DNA of 64,000 nucleotides from the NCBI GenBank assembly GCA_963772365.1, contig CAVYXA010000003.1, positions 352,001-416,000 on the forward strand, given 5' to 3'. Origin of the DNA: an uncultured Verrucomicrobiae bacterium. GTDB taxonomy: Bacteria; Verrucomicrobiota; Verrucomicrobiia; Chthoniobacterales; UBA10450. This document shows positions 10,587 through 21,291 of this stretch, piece after piece. Position 1 is the stretch's first letter, and each line of letters starts with the position of its first letter. The translations under genes and the position numbers were made by a program. The notes under the pieces are model-generated. The model saw only the letters and a program-made list of their open reading frames with translations, was not told the origin of the DNA and made no database searches.

Positions 10587-12188
10587 TTATTGCGTCACGG
10601 TTAGCAGCCCGGCGGCGCCGAGGGTCATATCGCGCATACTGTGATCGACGATTGGATACGTCCCCGGGTGCGGCATAATCGCGTCGAAAACCACGCCCTG
10701 CCCGGGTCCGACGGAGTAAGTGGATACGCCAATAAGCGCATGGTTTGCATCTGCATCGGGGTAAACTGCGGCAAATATTCCGCCAATGATGTGGAAGGAA
10801 CTCCAAAGGTTCGGGCCGGCATCGACGAAGTAGAGCCGCACGCGTTGTCCGACTTTCGCCTGAAGTGGATTATCCTTGTATTGAAAGGCGATGCCATTGA
10901 ATACGACTTCGTCCGGAGTGACGGCGATCATCTTATTATAATCGCCGGTCATGAGGTTGCCTTCTACCTGCTGGGTGTACCATTCGCCTTGCACCAGAAC
11001 GTAGCTGACATCGGCCGGAGGCAGCGGCTTGAGCGGGTCGACTATGATTGCGCCATACATTCCGTTGCCGATGTGCTGCAATACAGGCGGCGTTCCGCAA
11101 TGATAAATGAATACGCCCGGCACCTGTGCCACAAACGAGAACTCCAGTTTCTCGCCCGGATTGATGGAGCGATAAGCAACGCTCCAGTCGATCTGCGCGG
11201 CGTGGAAATCGATCGAGTGCTGCATCATCCCGTTGTTGACGAATTTCACGTGCACAGTTTGTCCTTCGCGCACATGCAGGATTGGGGCCGGGACGGTGCC
11301 GTTGAATGTCCACGCCTGATACTGCACGCCGTTGGCGATTTCGATCGTCGCGTCAGTCGCGACCAGGTTGATATTGACCTCAGGGCCGTTGCCGATCAGC
11401 GGAGGAAGGATCGGAAGAGGCCGTTTGGTAGTTTGCTCCGCTGTGGCCATGCTCAAGGGCGAGATGCTCGTAGCGGCCAAGTTTAGAGGCGAGACCGCCG
11501 CGGCGGCATTGGCCGGAGTCGCAGGCAAGCGGCTGTTGTTCGTTGCGCTCGCCAGAGTGGAGAGCGCAAGGGCGAGGACGACAATGATCGCGCCAATCGC
11601 ACCGAGTTGATGGTCCCAATCAAATGCGGGGCGTACCTCTGGCCAGATCCGCTTCGGTTTCCATTCCGCTACTGATCTCCATCGCGGAAACCGGCGGCCG
11701 ATATAATGATCAAGGCTATAGGGCGAGGAACCGAGGAAACGCTCAAAGAGCGCAGCGGCAATAAAAACCAGCGCATACATGAGCGCCGGTCCGAGATTCG
11801 TTGCGCCCGAAGTGTATGGGCCGCCAAAACCTTCCGCCGTTGACCAGATGAGCAAGCTGAACAGCGCGCCGGCGATATAAGTAAGCCGGCGAGCGATGCC
11901 GAAGAGCAGCCCAATCGCAAGGGCGGTTTCAATCAGTCGCGTGGCGAGAACGAAGAAGCCATCCCGTGGTGAAACAAGTTGAATCCAGAAATGAAACCAC
12001 GCGATGAGCCAGGGGGGCTGCCCGTTGGCGGCGTTTTGCAGGTAACCCACATAATGGGCTGCAAAGCCCGGCTGCCATTTCAGGTAGGCATCGATCGCTA
12101 CGAAGATTCCAAACGTCGCCCGCATACCGGCTGCAGCCACAATCAACCACGCCAACGAGCGCCGATCTTCCATTGACTCCGAGTTCAT
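10587..12188 (-). CDS. nirK: DoxX/DoxD-like membrane domain fused to copper-containing nitrite reductase (NirK-like)
   Basis: HSIDFHAA (catalytic Asp), YHCG...H...GMYG, SSFHIIG, VDHS; N-terminal multi-TM LKWQP...EGFGGPY...SLD region. Confidence 0.8.
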   Translation of the reverse strand: MNSESMEDRRSLAWLIVAAAGMRATFGIFVAIDAYLKWQPGFAAHYVGYLQNAANGQPPWLIAWFHFWIQLVSPRDGFFVLATRLIETALAIGLLFGIARRLTYIAGALFSLLIWSTAEGFGGPYTSGATNLGPALMYALVFIAAALFERFLGSSPYSLDHYIGRRFPRWRSVAEWKPKRIWPEVRPAFDWDHQLGAIGAIIVVLALALSTLASATNNSRLPATPANAAAAVSPLNLAATSISPLSMATAEQTTKRPLPILPPLIGNGPEVNINLVATDATIEIANGVQYQAWTFNGTVPAPILHVREGQTVHVKFVNNGMMQHSIDFHAAQIDWSVAYRSINPGEKLEFSFVAQVPGVFIYHCGTPPVLQHIGNGMYGAIIVDPLKPLPPADVSYVLVQGEWYTQQVEGNLMTGDYNKMIAVTPDEVVFNGIAFQYKDNPLQAKVGQRVRLYFVDAGPNLWSSFHIIGGIFAAVYPDADANHALIGVSTYSVGPGQGVVFDAIMPHPGTYPIVDHSMRDMTLGAAGLLTVTQ

Positions 12189-12313
12189 ACATTAACATAA
12201 AGCCAAAGTTCGGTTTCAAAACCGCGTGTTTGCAAACAGGAAAGGGTTCGCGATGGAGTGTCTCATGGCTCTCTTTCCCGCCTCGCGCGCAGTTGTGAAT
12301 CCGTGTCTGTAAG

Positions 12314-13481
12314 TCACTCCTCCGGTTCGGCGATCAGCACCTTCGGGAGAACTTTGATCGCCCAAATCGCGGCACCAAGGATCCAAAAAATTGCCGCGGC
12401 GACGAGATGAATGGTGCGCACTGGCGGCACGAGGTCGGCGGCGTAACGGGAAAAGGCGGCCAGAAAAATCAGCGCAGCCACGGCAAGAAAAAACGGCAGG
12501 CGCTTTCTGAATAAATGTGCGTTCCCGCTGTGACCGAACACCACGCGAATACCAACAGTCACGGCAATAAATCCAAAACCGCTGATAAAGATAATATGAA
12601 GAGCGCCGACTCGATACAGCGGCCAGAGCGCTTCGCCAGCCGATCCCGATTACAATAGCCGCGATACCAATGCGCAGACAATCAGCGAGAAAGCTGCGTG
12701 CGCCCGATGGCAGTATTGCGATCAGATAAATCAGAATCGCGCCGAACCGCAGCCACGGTCCCAGCACAGTCAGGCGAAACGCGTCTGCGACGAAAGTAAG
12801 ATCGACAATGAGTCCGATGGCTACCGCGAAGGCTGCGCGAGGTCTCCAGCCGGGTGGAAACGCGCGCGACTCCGGCGCCTCGGGCACCGACATGTTGAGC
12901 AGCTTCGGTAACAGGAATGGCGCGATGCCGAGGATCGGCAACAAAACAAAACCTTGCTCGAGAAACATCGCGCCGAGTCGATAGCATTTCGCGTAGAGTT
13001 GATTTTCAAACAATCCGAGCAGAATTGCCCCGGCAAGACCATTCAAAAGACCGAGCGCCACGAGCGCGAAATTTGGCGGCGGCGAATCTTTGCGGCGGAT
13101 AAATCGTTTGCCGATCAAGAACAACAGAGTTGCGATGCAAAACGTGAACAAAAAATCGCCGCTGCGATTTGTGCCGCCGAAATGCAAACCCGCCGCGAGC
13201 AAGAGCAGGGTCAAAAGGCTCAGCACAGCCTTGCCCGAAAATGAAGCTGTCGATGTTATCCGCGGCCCGGCCGTTCCCAGAAACCCGATGATGAATGAGC
13301 CCATGAAGCCTTCGATCATCAATCGCGCGTGGGAAATTGACGGATACACACTGATCCAGCCAGCATAATAAGCCGGCCATAGCGCGACACCGATCATGCC
13401 GAGCAAAAGCCCGGTCGGGAAAAAGATCCGAAACGGCTCTTGGTAGAAAAATGGCGGGACGTGTGGAAGGAAAGCTTTCAT
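12314..13481 (-). pseudogene. nnrS: NnrS-family protein with one frameshift near 12640 (real or assembly error)
   Basis: EPFRIFFP, HARLMIEGF, GFLGTA; C-terminal LHIIF...RVVFGHSG continues in another frame to 12314. Confidence 0.8.
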
Positions 13482-13828
13482 GCCGATGGCGACACTAATT
13501 CGCGGCACGCCAGATGATTTTCAAATCGCAAGCTTCAAAAACCATTCCGGGAGTGGGACTGCGTCGTGATCGATTACCCGGGCGGCGCGGCATTCGGGCC
13601 GGGTCGCAGGGCTGGCCGCTTTTTTTTGATTCGTTAGACCAAACAGAGTCGTCCGGCCCGGTTAGGCTGGAATTCGCCCGGCCAAGGCCATCGTCTCTAT
13701 CTAAAGGCAAGCTGGTTATTTCGTCGCCGAATCGACCAGGATCGCCGTGGTGGTGAGGCTATTTAGAGTCAAAACGTAAAATAGTGCGAAGGGGAACGAC
13801 TCCTGCTTTTTAAGTCGCCACTTTGACG

Positions 13829-13918
13829 ACCAAGCCGTTCGATGTGGATGGGTTTTTGCGCATCATCGACAAACCGGTGATGCGTCAGATGGAAAGGAAC
13901 GCGTGCGTTGCCGCGTAG
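13829..13918 (+). pseudogene. C-terminal remnant of a receiver domain
   Basis: TKPFDVDGFLRIID resembles the end of the hybrid kinase near 18790 (TKPLDVPEFFRVVD); no upstream ORF. Confidence 0.5.
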
Positions 13919-13925
13919 GACTAGT

Positions 13926-14492
13926 GTGACCGAAGTAACTGAAGTAAGCGAAGAAACCGAAGACTACCTGGAGGCCTCAGAGTTTTACCAAGGCGATTTT
14001 GCCGGGCTGGCCAAAATGAAAATTCTGCTGGTGGACGATGAGCCGGTTAACCTCGCTTTGCTCGAGGCGCTCCTGGGTGACCATGGCTTTAACCGCACAA
14101 GGTCGATCAGCGATTCCCGACTCGCGCTGCAGGCTTGCCACGAGTTCGATCCCGATTTGGTTCTGCTCGATCTCATGATGCCTCCGCCCGACGGCTTCTC
14201 GATTCTGGAATCGATCCGTGCTGAGCATGGCGAAATCTTTCTACCCGTCATTGTGCTGACTGCGGATGCTAATAGAAGAACAAGATTCCGGGCCCTGCGC
14301 GCTGGAGCGACGGACTTCCTGCTCAAGCCCTTCGATCATCTTGAAGTTATGTTGCGCATTTCTAATCTGCTCGAGACGCGTCGGCTTCACCTGCAGTTAG
14401 ACATGGAACGCGCTGCCCTGGCCGACGCCGTTTACGCGCGCACGACCGAGTTACGCGATGTCCGATCCGAGTTGCATAAAAAGCAGACCTGA
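13926..14492 (+). CDS. Response regulator (receiver plus coiled coil; start uncertain)
   Basis: ILLVDD, DLVLLDLMMP, DFLLKP. Confidence 0.88.
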   Translation: MTEVTEVSEETEDYLEASEFYQGDFAGLAKMKILLVDDEPVNLALLEALLGDHGFNRTRSISDSRLALQACHEFDPDLVLLDLMMPPPDGFSILESIRAEHGEIFLPVIVLTADANRRTRFRALRAGATDFLLKPFDHLEVMLRISNLLETRRLHLQLDMERAALADAVYARTTELRDVRSELHKKQT

Positions 14493-14577
14493 TGATATGC
14501 GAGCGATCGTCGATCAAATGATTTCCCAGACGTACGACGATTGCCTGGGCGATTACGTATCCGCTTAACTCGGACAA

Positions 14578-16491
14578 CTATTTTCGTTGGGAACCGGGAT
14601 TTTTAGGCGCCAGATCAGCTACGATTTGCTGGAAGCGGGGATCGCCGCGCAGTGGATCCCAATATGGATGCAACTTTAGATTTCCGTAGCTCAATGTGCT
14701 GGGGATTCGGAGGGTTGCCTCGATTTGCTGAATGGCCAGATCTTTCTCGCCGCACCACGCGTAAATAGCGGCGAGATATTTCATCAGCTCCGCGCCATCG
14801 AGCGCGTCTTTCGTAACGGGCAGTATCTCGACAGCGCGCCGGCCTTCGCGCATCGCTTCATCGTTGCGTCCTAAGGCAGCGTCGATCATTCCCAGGACAG
14901 TGTAAACCGGACCGTAATCCGGTTGTTCACGAGCGGTCTTTTCCACTTGGGCACGGGCAGCGAGGAAAGCAGTTCGCGCTGTGACAGCATCGCCCTTGGC
15001 GCGAGCCGCGAGCGCTTCCCAATAGACGCGCGGGAAGTTCAAGTCAGTGGAAGTTCCGGTGGCGGGGATTGCCGCGAGCGCGCGAGCGATTCCGGCGGGA
15101 TCGCGCTCGCAAAGGGCAAGGTAAAGCCACTGGTCGGCCATGTCGCCAGCAGAGTGCGGATTCTCAGCAAGAAGGGCGTCGATCGTTTGATGCAGCCGCC
15201 GAGTGTCTGCCCGCCATTCGAGGTCCACCAAACCGCGCGTGATTCGGTTATCGAGATCGCGCGGCGCGAGCTCAAGCGCGCGGTCGAGCGCAGCAGCCAT
15301 CGCCCCAAATTGCCGAAATTCCTGATAACTGTATGCGATCTGCTGAAAGATGAAAACATTGCGCGGATCCAGTTTGACTGCTCGTTGCAAGCTGCGCGCC
15401 GATTCGTTCCATAAACCTTGTCGTCGGTCGATGTAGCCAGCCAGCTCGAAAGCCTCCGAGTTATTGGGAAGCAGACGTTGAGTGTGCGCAAGCTCGGCGC
15501 GAGCCCCATCGTAATCGAGGTGACAGCGATAGAGAAAATTTGCCCTGGCGAGATGCGTCTCGCCCGCCTCCGGGCGGAGGCGGATGACCGTCTTGAGCGC
15601 GGCCTCCGCCAATGCGAGCCGGGTGGGAGTATGATCAAATCCGAAGAAGTAAATGTAGTTGTGTGCCGCGCCTAATTGACACCAGGCGAGGTAAAAATTC
15701 GGATCGCGCGCAATGGCTTGATCGAGCGCTTGGACCGCTTGGAACAATTTCTCGTTGATTTGCGCGTTGGAAACTGTCGCAACAAGCGTCTTACCGCGAA
15801 GATAAAGAGCGTAGGCAGCAAGGTCATGAGTCGGCTGCTCCTCGACGGCGATTTTTTCCTGCGGTGAAACGGTCGCGTGCAGCTGGGAAGCGATTCGTTG
15901 CAGAATGTCGCCCTGTACGCCGAAGATGTCGCTCAGCTCGCGTTTGTAACTCACATTCCACAACCTGGCTCCTCGACGGGCATCCGTGAGTTGTACGGTG
16001 ATTTGCACTTTGTCACCCGCAAGACGCACTGTGCCTTCGAGAATATGGCCGGCGCCGAGACTCTGCGCGATCTCGCGCAGGTCACGCCGCCGATCCGGCG
16101 TATAGCTACTGACTGAAGTACGGCTGATCACCCTCAAATCCGCAACCTTGGAAAGCGTGGTGATAATGTCATCCTGCACGGCTTCCGCGAGAGATCGATC
16201 TTGCTCCGCATCACCCATTTCATCGAATGGCAGCACCACAATATTCTTTTCCGGGAAGGAAGCCACGTAAGCCGACTCTGCCGAGGGCGGGGCCGTGATT
16301 TGCGGGGCCAGCTGGCGGGAAAGGCTCCATAACCCGAAGCCCAGTGCAAATGCGGTCGCCAGCAGGACAACGACTGCAAGAGGCCGCCATCGTCTCTGGG
16401 CAAGAGGCGATGAAATATCCGTCCCCGGGGGTTGCGTTTCGTGATCAGTTGGCGTTTTGGGCTCGGCCATCTGCGCGGTGTGAAAATTCAT
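14578..16491 (-). CDS. Membrane-anchored TolB-like/TPR protein
   Basis: TM helix, then KNIVVLPF, LRVISRTS, ILEGTV, TPR repeats, WDPLRGDPRF. Confidence 0.8.
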   Translation of the reverse strand: MNFHTAQMAEPKTPTDHETQPPGTDISSPLAQRRWRPLAVVVLLATAFALGFGLWSLSRQLAPQITAPPSAESAYVASFPEKNIVVLPFDEMGDAEQDRSLAEAVQDDIITTLSKVADLRVISRTSVSSYTPDRRRDLREIAQSLGAGHILEGTVRLAGDKVQITVQLTDARRGARLWNVSYKRELSDIFGVQGDILQRIASQLHATVSPQEKIAVEEQPTHDLAAYALYLRGKTLVATVSNAQINEKLFQAVQALDQAIARDPNFYLAWCQLGAAHNYIYFFGFDHTPTRLALAEAALKTVIRLRPEAGETHLARANFLYRCHLDYDGARAELAHTQRLLPNNSEAFELAGYIDRRQGLWNESARSLQRAVKLDPRNVFIFQQIAYSYQEFRQFGAMAAALDRALELAPRDLDNRITRGLVDLEWRADTRRLHQTIDALLAENPHSAGDMADQWLYLALCERDPAGIARALAAIPATGTSTDLNFPRVYWEALAARAKGDAVTARTAFLAARAQVEKTAREQPDYGPVYTVLGMIDAALGRNDEAMREGRRAVEILPVTKDALDGAELMKYLAAIYAWCGEKDLAIQQIEATLRIPSTLSYGNLKLHPYWDPLRGDPRFQQIVADLAPKNPGSQRK

Positions 16492-16635
16492 CGGATGGGT
16501 GCTGATGCTCTTCGTGAAGCGAAGCAAGGGACGTTCCAAAAGCGACCCACTTCCCAGCGCTGCCTTGTTTGGGCCAAACGCAGAAATTGTTCCGGCCCGG
16601 CTCGAAAATAGCTTTGAACTACGAAGTACACGGCA

Positions 16636-18885
16636 ATGATCAACCTGCGCGATCGCCCCATCCGCCAAAAGATCATGCTCGTGATCATGTTGATTTCGGG
16701 CGTGGTGCTGCTCCTCGCCTTTGCCGCGCTTTTCTATTTTCAGGCTTACACTTTGCGCCAGCAGTCCGCGCACGAGCTTGCCGTCATCGGTAAAATTACC
16801 GCGCACAATTGTGCCAACGCGGTCATGTTCAAAGACGAGGACGCAGCCGCGCAAATTCTGGTGGGCCTAAAGACGATGCCAGAAATCGTGAGCGCACGAC
16901 TGGAATTGATGGACCGGCAGGGACTGGCGTTTTTCGGAGCAGCGCGCGACGAGATCTACATTAAAGCAGCGCGCTCCCAGGAGGGGTTCCAAGTGGGAGG
17001 CAATCGCATCCTTTTCGCGCAACCCGTTTTGCTCAACGGCAAACGCGAAGGAACGCTCTATCTTCTGGCCGATTTGCACACCATGACCTCGCAGTTGCTG
17101 AGGCTCTTCGGTGGCATCTTCGCTCTGGTTCTGGCCGCCTCGCTCCTTTTCACCTTCGTTCTTTCGAATCGGTTTCAGCGGTTCATCACAGATCCGATTC
17201 TCAGCCTGGCGGGTACCACGCGCACCGTTTCGGAGCATAATGACTATTCCGTCCGCGCGAAAAAAACGTGCAACGACGAAGTCGGGGTTCTGACCGACGC
17301 CTTTAACCAGATGCTGGGTCAAATCCAGACCCAGGACAGCGCGCTGCGCAAAGCCGAGGAAAAGTATCGGCTCATCTTCGAAAACGCAATCGAAGGAATG
17401 TTCCAAACCACTCCCGAAGGGAAATGTCTCAGCGTGAATCCGGCATTTGCGCGAATGTTTGACTACGATTCACCGGAAGAACTGATTGCGAACGCGAGCG
17501 ACCTTGCCCGCACTGTCTATGTCGATCCGGCGCGCCGGGAAGAGTTCAGAAGATTGATGGAAAGGCAGGGGTTCGTGGAGTTGTTTGATTACGAAGGCTA
17601 TCGTAAAGACGGGGCCCGGATCTGGTTGCGCGAAAACGCCCGTGCCGTCCGCGATTCCTCGGGGGCCATCGTCTATTATGAGGGCACAGTCCAGGACGTG
17701 ACGCAGCGCAAGCGCGTCGAAGAAGTCGAGCGAGCCAGTAAGGCTAAAACCGAATTCCTCTCCCGCGTCAGTCACGAGCTGCGGACGCCGCTAAATGCGA
17801 TTCTTGGATTTGGGCAACTGCTGGAACGCCAAAATCCTACCGAAACCCAGCGCACGCGGATTCATCACATCTTGAGCGCTGGAAAACACCTTCTGCGGCT
17901 TATCAACGAAGTGCTTGACATCAGCCGCATTGAGGCCGGCAAACTGCAGCTTTCGCTGGAACCGGTCTGCGTGGCAGACGCTCTGGCCGAGGCATCGGAT
18001 TTGATGCGCCCGCTTGCCGCTGAGCGCAAAATCGAGCTTTCTGCTGATGCCCAGGATGCGGATGTTTTCATCGTCGCGGATCGCCAGCGATTCAAGCAGG
18101 TGCTGCTTAATTTGCTCAGCAACGGCGTGAAATACACTCCGCAATTTGGTAAGGTCGCGGTCTCCTACTCTGCGCGAGGCGACAACATCAGAATTACCGT
18201 CAGCGACACAGGCTCTGGTATTCCTGCGAGCAAACGGGAGCGGTTATTCATGCCGTTCGAAAGGCTCGGCGCCGAGCAATCCAATGTAGAAGGCACAGGT
18301 CTGGGCCTAGCCTTGTCACAACGTCTCATGCACGCGATGGGCGGCTCAATCGGAGTCAATTCCAGTGAAGGAAAAGGCAGCCAGTTTTGGATCGAACTGC
18401 CGCGCACGGATTCGCCACTACCCCAGACGGGGCCGCGGAAAAAAACGCTGACGCGCGATGCACGTTCCAGCGCTGCCAATCGCAAGGTGCTTTACATCGA
18501 GGACAATCCTTCAAACCTAACGTTAGTTGAGGAACTGCTTGCCGAGCGCCCCGAGATCGAGCTCTTGACTGCTATACAAGGCAAACTCGGCCTCGAATTG
18601 GCCCGCCAGCATTCGCCCGATCTCATTCTTCTCGATCTTCATCTGCCGGATGTCCCAGGCCACGAAGTACTCGCTCAACTCAAATCTTCCGAGGCGACTC
18701 GGGCGGTTCCAGTTATCGTGGTTAGTGCAGACGCTACCACCAGTCAGGTCGATCGATTAATGGCCGCAGGGGCTACACGTTATCTTACCAAGCCATTGGA
18801 TGTTCCGGAGTTCTTCCGAGTCGTGGATACGGCAACCTCTCAGGCCAGCCATGGCGCGCACTTTCAACCAGGATCGACATCATAG
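16636..18885 (+). CDS. Hybrid sensor histidine kinase (sensor-HAMP-PAS-HisKA-HATPase-REC)
   Basis: SHELRTPLNAILG, NLLSNGVKYT, DTGSG, GTGLGL, VLYIEDN, LLDLHLP. Confidence 0.93.
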   Translation: MINLRDRPIRQKIMLVIMLISGVVLLLAFAALFYFQAYTLRQQSAHELAVIGKITAHNCANAVMFKDEDAAAQILVGLKTMPEIVSARLELMDRQGLAFFGAARDEIYIKAARSQEGFQVGGNRILFAQPVLLNGKREGTLYLLADLHTMTSQLLRLFGGIFALVLAASLLFTFVLSNRFQRFITDPILSLAGTTRTVSEHNDYSVRAKKTCNDEVGVLTDAFNQMLGQIQTQDSALRKAEEKYRLIFENAIEGMFQTTPEGKCLSVNPAFARMFDYDSPEELIANASDLARTVYVDPARREEFRRLMERQGFVELFDYEGYRKDGARIWLRENARAVRDSSGAIVYYEGTVQDVTQRKRVEEVERASKAKTEFLSRVSHELRTPLNAILGFGQLLERQNPTETQRTRIHHILSAGKHLLRLINEVLDISRIEAGKLQLSLEPVCVADALAEASDLMRPLAAERKIELSADAQDADVFIVADRQRFKQVLLNLLSNGVKYTPQFGKVAVSYSARGDNIRITVSDTGSGIPASKRERLFMPFERLGAEQSNVEGTGLGLALSQRLMHAMGGSIGVNSSEGKGSQFWIELPRTDSPLPQTGPRKKTLTRDARSSAANRKVLYIEDNPSNLTLVEELLAERPEIELLTAIQGKLGLELARQHSPDLILLDLHLPDVPGHEVLAQLKSSEATRAVPVIVVSADATTSQVDRLMAAGATRYLTKPLDVPEFFRVVDTATSQASHGAHFQPGSTS

Positions 18886-19191
18886 TAGCTTGGGCAGTTT
18901 CAGCGGTCGCTCGACCATTTCATTCTTCTGGCTCAACGATTGTCACTTTCGGATTCCCGCGGGCGATCCAGTTCAGTGCCGCAATGATCCAGCAGACCAT
19001 GGCGGCGATTTGATGGATACTGCGCGCTTTAGGCGCAAGTTCGGCGGTGTAGCGCGACTAATTCGCGGCGGCTCAATCGTCGTCAACTAGCGCTTCATCA
19101 GTCTAAGCGGTTGACGTGAATTGCTCCCGGCTACAACGTGATTGGAACGATTTGGGGGATCGTTTGAAAATCAAAATGGAGGATTAGCAGA

Positions 19192-19797
19192 ATGAAGAAG
19201 TGGTCTTTTGATGCGGATTATCTTCAATCGTGCAATTGCGATTACGGCTGTCCGTGCGAGTTCGCCGCGCCTCCTACGACTGGTTTTTGCGAAGGCATGG
19301 GCGTGTGGAAGATCGACAAAGGTAAATATGGTGACCTGTCGCTGGACGGGCTGGGGCTCGGGTTCGCGGCGAAATGGCCGGGGGCGATCCACGAGGGTAA
19401 CGGCACCGTCTGTCTTTTTGTCGATGAAAAGGCATCGCAGGAACAACGCGATGCCTTGCTCGAGATCGGCTCGGGGAAGGCAGGTGGGCTGCCGTTTGAA
19501 ATTCTGGCCACGACATTCAGCACGTTGCTCGATCCGCAATTTGTTCCGTTCGATGTCAACATTGATGGACTCCAAAGCGCGGCCCGGTTGGGTGATAATT
19601 TCCGGATCGCCCTCGAGCCGATCAAAAATCCGGTGACTGGTGCGGAGGAAAGCGTGACCGTGAATCACGGGACTGGATTTATTTTCAAAAGCGCAGACTG
19701 CGCATCGGCCAGGGAAGGATCGGTCGCAGTGGACGAGATGAAGTTCAGCTACCCGAACAAAGCTGGGTTTGTCTCGCGCATTCACTACGGTAACTAG
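19192..19797 (+). CDS. DUF1326-family protein
   Basis: SCNCDYGCPC...CEG N-terminal Cys motif. Confidence 0.8.
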   Translation: MKKWSFDADYLQSCNCDYGCPCEFAAPPTTGFCEGMGVWKIDKGKYGDLSLDGLGLGFAAKWPGAIHEGNGTVCLFVDEKASQEQRDALLEIGSGKAGGLPFEILATTFSTLLDPQFVPFDVNIDGLQSAARLGDNFRIALEPIKNPVTGAEESVTVNHGTGFIFKSADCASAREGSVAVDEMKFSYPNKAGFVSRIHYGN

Positions 19798-19806
19798 TCG
19801 GCGGCT

Positions 19807-20610
19807 ATGAACGCATCGCTGGCCCTGCCGCGACGCGAACGTCTCCTCATCCTTGGAGGTGTGGGTGGCATCGCCGTGCTGGCATGGGCTTACACGATCT
19901 TTGAAGCGCGCCGGATGAACCTGACGAGTGTGTGCGAGTGCATGCGCATGAAAATGTCAGGCCCTGACCTCACGTCATGGCCGGCGATGACGCTGCTGCC
20001 GCTATTTCTAATGTGGGCGATCATGATGATCGCCATGATGCTGCCGAGCGCGATGCCGATGATCCTGACGTTCGCTGCCGTCTCGCGCAATCGTCAAGGT
20101 ATTGGGCGCCACTACATCCCGCTGTCGATCTTCGTTCTTGGTTACGTGGCAATCTGGTGTGCGTTCAGCGTTGTGGCCGCGGTCAGCCAATGGTGGCTGC
20201 ATCGAGCGGCGTTGCTGTCGGCATCAATGATGAGCAACAGCCGATGGTTTGCCGGCGCGCTTTTGCTCGCGGCCGCTGCTTTCCAATTCACGCCATTCAA
20301 ACGTGCTTGTCTCACTCATTGCCGTGGCCCGCTTGAATTCATCATGACCCGCTGGCGCGAAGGAAACGTTGGCGCCTTTCGAATGGGATTGGAACACGGT
20401 GCATTTTGCGCCGGTTGTTGCTGGGCATTGATGGCCTTGCTGTTCGTCGCCGGCGTGATGAACATTCTCTGGATCGCGGCACTGACCCTGTTCGTGTGCC
20501 TTGAAAAAGTAATGCCCGCTCGCGCTCGAGTGAGCGCATTGACCGGCGTGCTCCTCGCGGTGTGGGGGATCGCGATCCTCGCCGGCCAGTTCATTTCGAG
20601 CGTGTCTTGA
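19807..20610 (+). CDS. DUF2182 metal-binding membrane protein
   Basis: MWAIMMIAMMLPS, KRACLTHCRGP, CAGCCWALM, GVMN, EK. Confidence 0.85.
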   Translation: MNASLALPRRERLLILGGVGGIAVLAWAYTIFEARRMNLTSVCECMRMKMSGPDLTSWPAMTLLPLFLMWAIMMIAMMLPSAMPMILTFAAVSRNRQGIGRHYIPLSIFVLGYVAIWCAFSVVAAVSQWWLHRAALLSASMMSNSRWFAGALLLAAAAFQFTPFKRACLTHCRGPLEFIMTRWREGNVGAFRMGLEHGAFCAGCCWALMALLFVAGVMNILWIAALTLFVCLEKVMPARARVSALTGVLLAVWGIAILAGQFISSVS

Positions 20611-20622
20611 GAGAAATATTTC

Positions 20623-21276
20623 ATGGCAGATGCAGCGATCGAATTACGTTCGGCGCGATCGCGGGGTGAAGACCTCCGTCTCGCGCTTCTGCTTACTTAC
20701 ATCACGCTTGGGTGGATGACGATCGAGGGCGCGGCCTCGCTTCTGCTGGGCTGGGCGTCGAAAAGTCTTCTGCTCGAAGCGTTCGGGATCGACAGTGTGA
20801 TCGAACTCTTCAGCGCTGCGGTCTTGCTCTGGCGATTACGTGTGGAAGCGAGCGGTAGCGCGACACCGCAATGCGCTGAGGAGGTTGAGCGGCGCGCGTC
20901 GCGTTACATTGGCTATTCGTTGTACGCGCTGGTCGTATACGTGATCCTCAACTCCGGCTACGGATTGCTTATCGCGCGGATCACCGACACGCATGAAAGT
21001 GTCTGGGGCATCCTCATCGGTTTGGTGGCGAAGATCGGGATGCCGATTCTCGCCGGTTACAAACTGAAAGTAGCGGCGCGATTGAACTCCCGCGCCCTGC
21101 GAGCAGACGCAATCGAGTCGATCACATGCGGATACTTGTCGATCGTTCTGATGGGCGGTCTGGCCGCGACCCGGATCCTCGGCTGGTGGTGGCTGGACAG
21201 CGTCGCAGCACTCGCGCTGATTCCATTTCTAATCCAGGAAGGTTACGCCGCTATTCGCGGCGAATGCTGCGCCTGA
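20623..21276 (+). CDS. Short cation-efflux (CDF-like) transporter
   Basis: AFGIDSVIE, ALRADA, WWWLDSVAAL. Confidence 0.75.
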   Translation: MADAAIELRSARSRGEDLRLALLLTYITLGWMTIEGAASLLLGWASKSLLLEAFGIDSVIELFSAAVLLWRLRVEASGSATPQCAEEVERRASRYIGYSLYALVVYVILNSGYGLLIARITDTHESVWGILIGLVAKIGMPILAGYKLKVAARLNSRALRADAIESITCGYLSIVLMGGLAATRILGWWWLDSVAALALIPFLIQEGYAAIRGECCA

Positions 21277-21291
21277 CGATCCGCTTTGTAT

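Noticed and set aside
12185..13530. Additional FNR boxes upstream of nirK and nnrS
   Set aside because: Only half-site or wrongly spaced matches (about 12192-12206 and 13512-13525); too weak to call.
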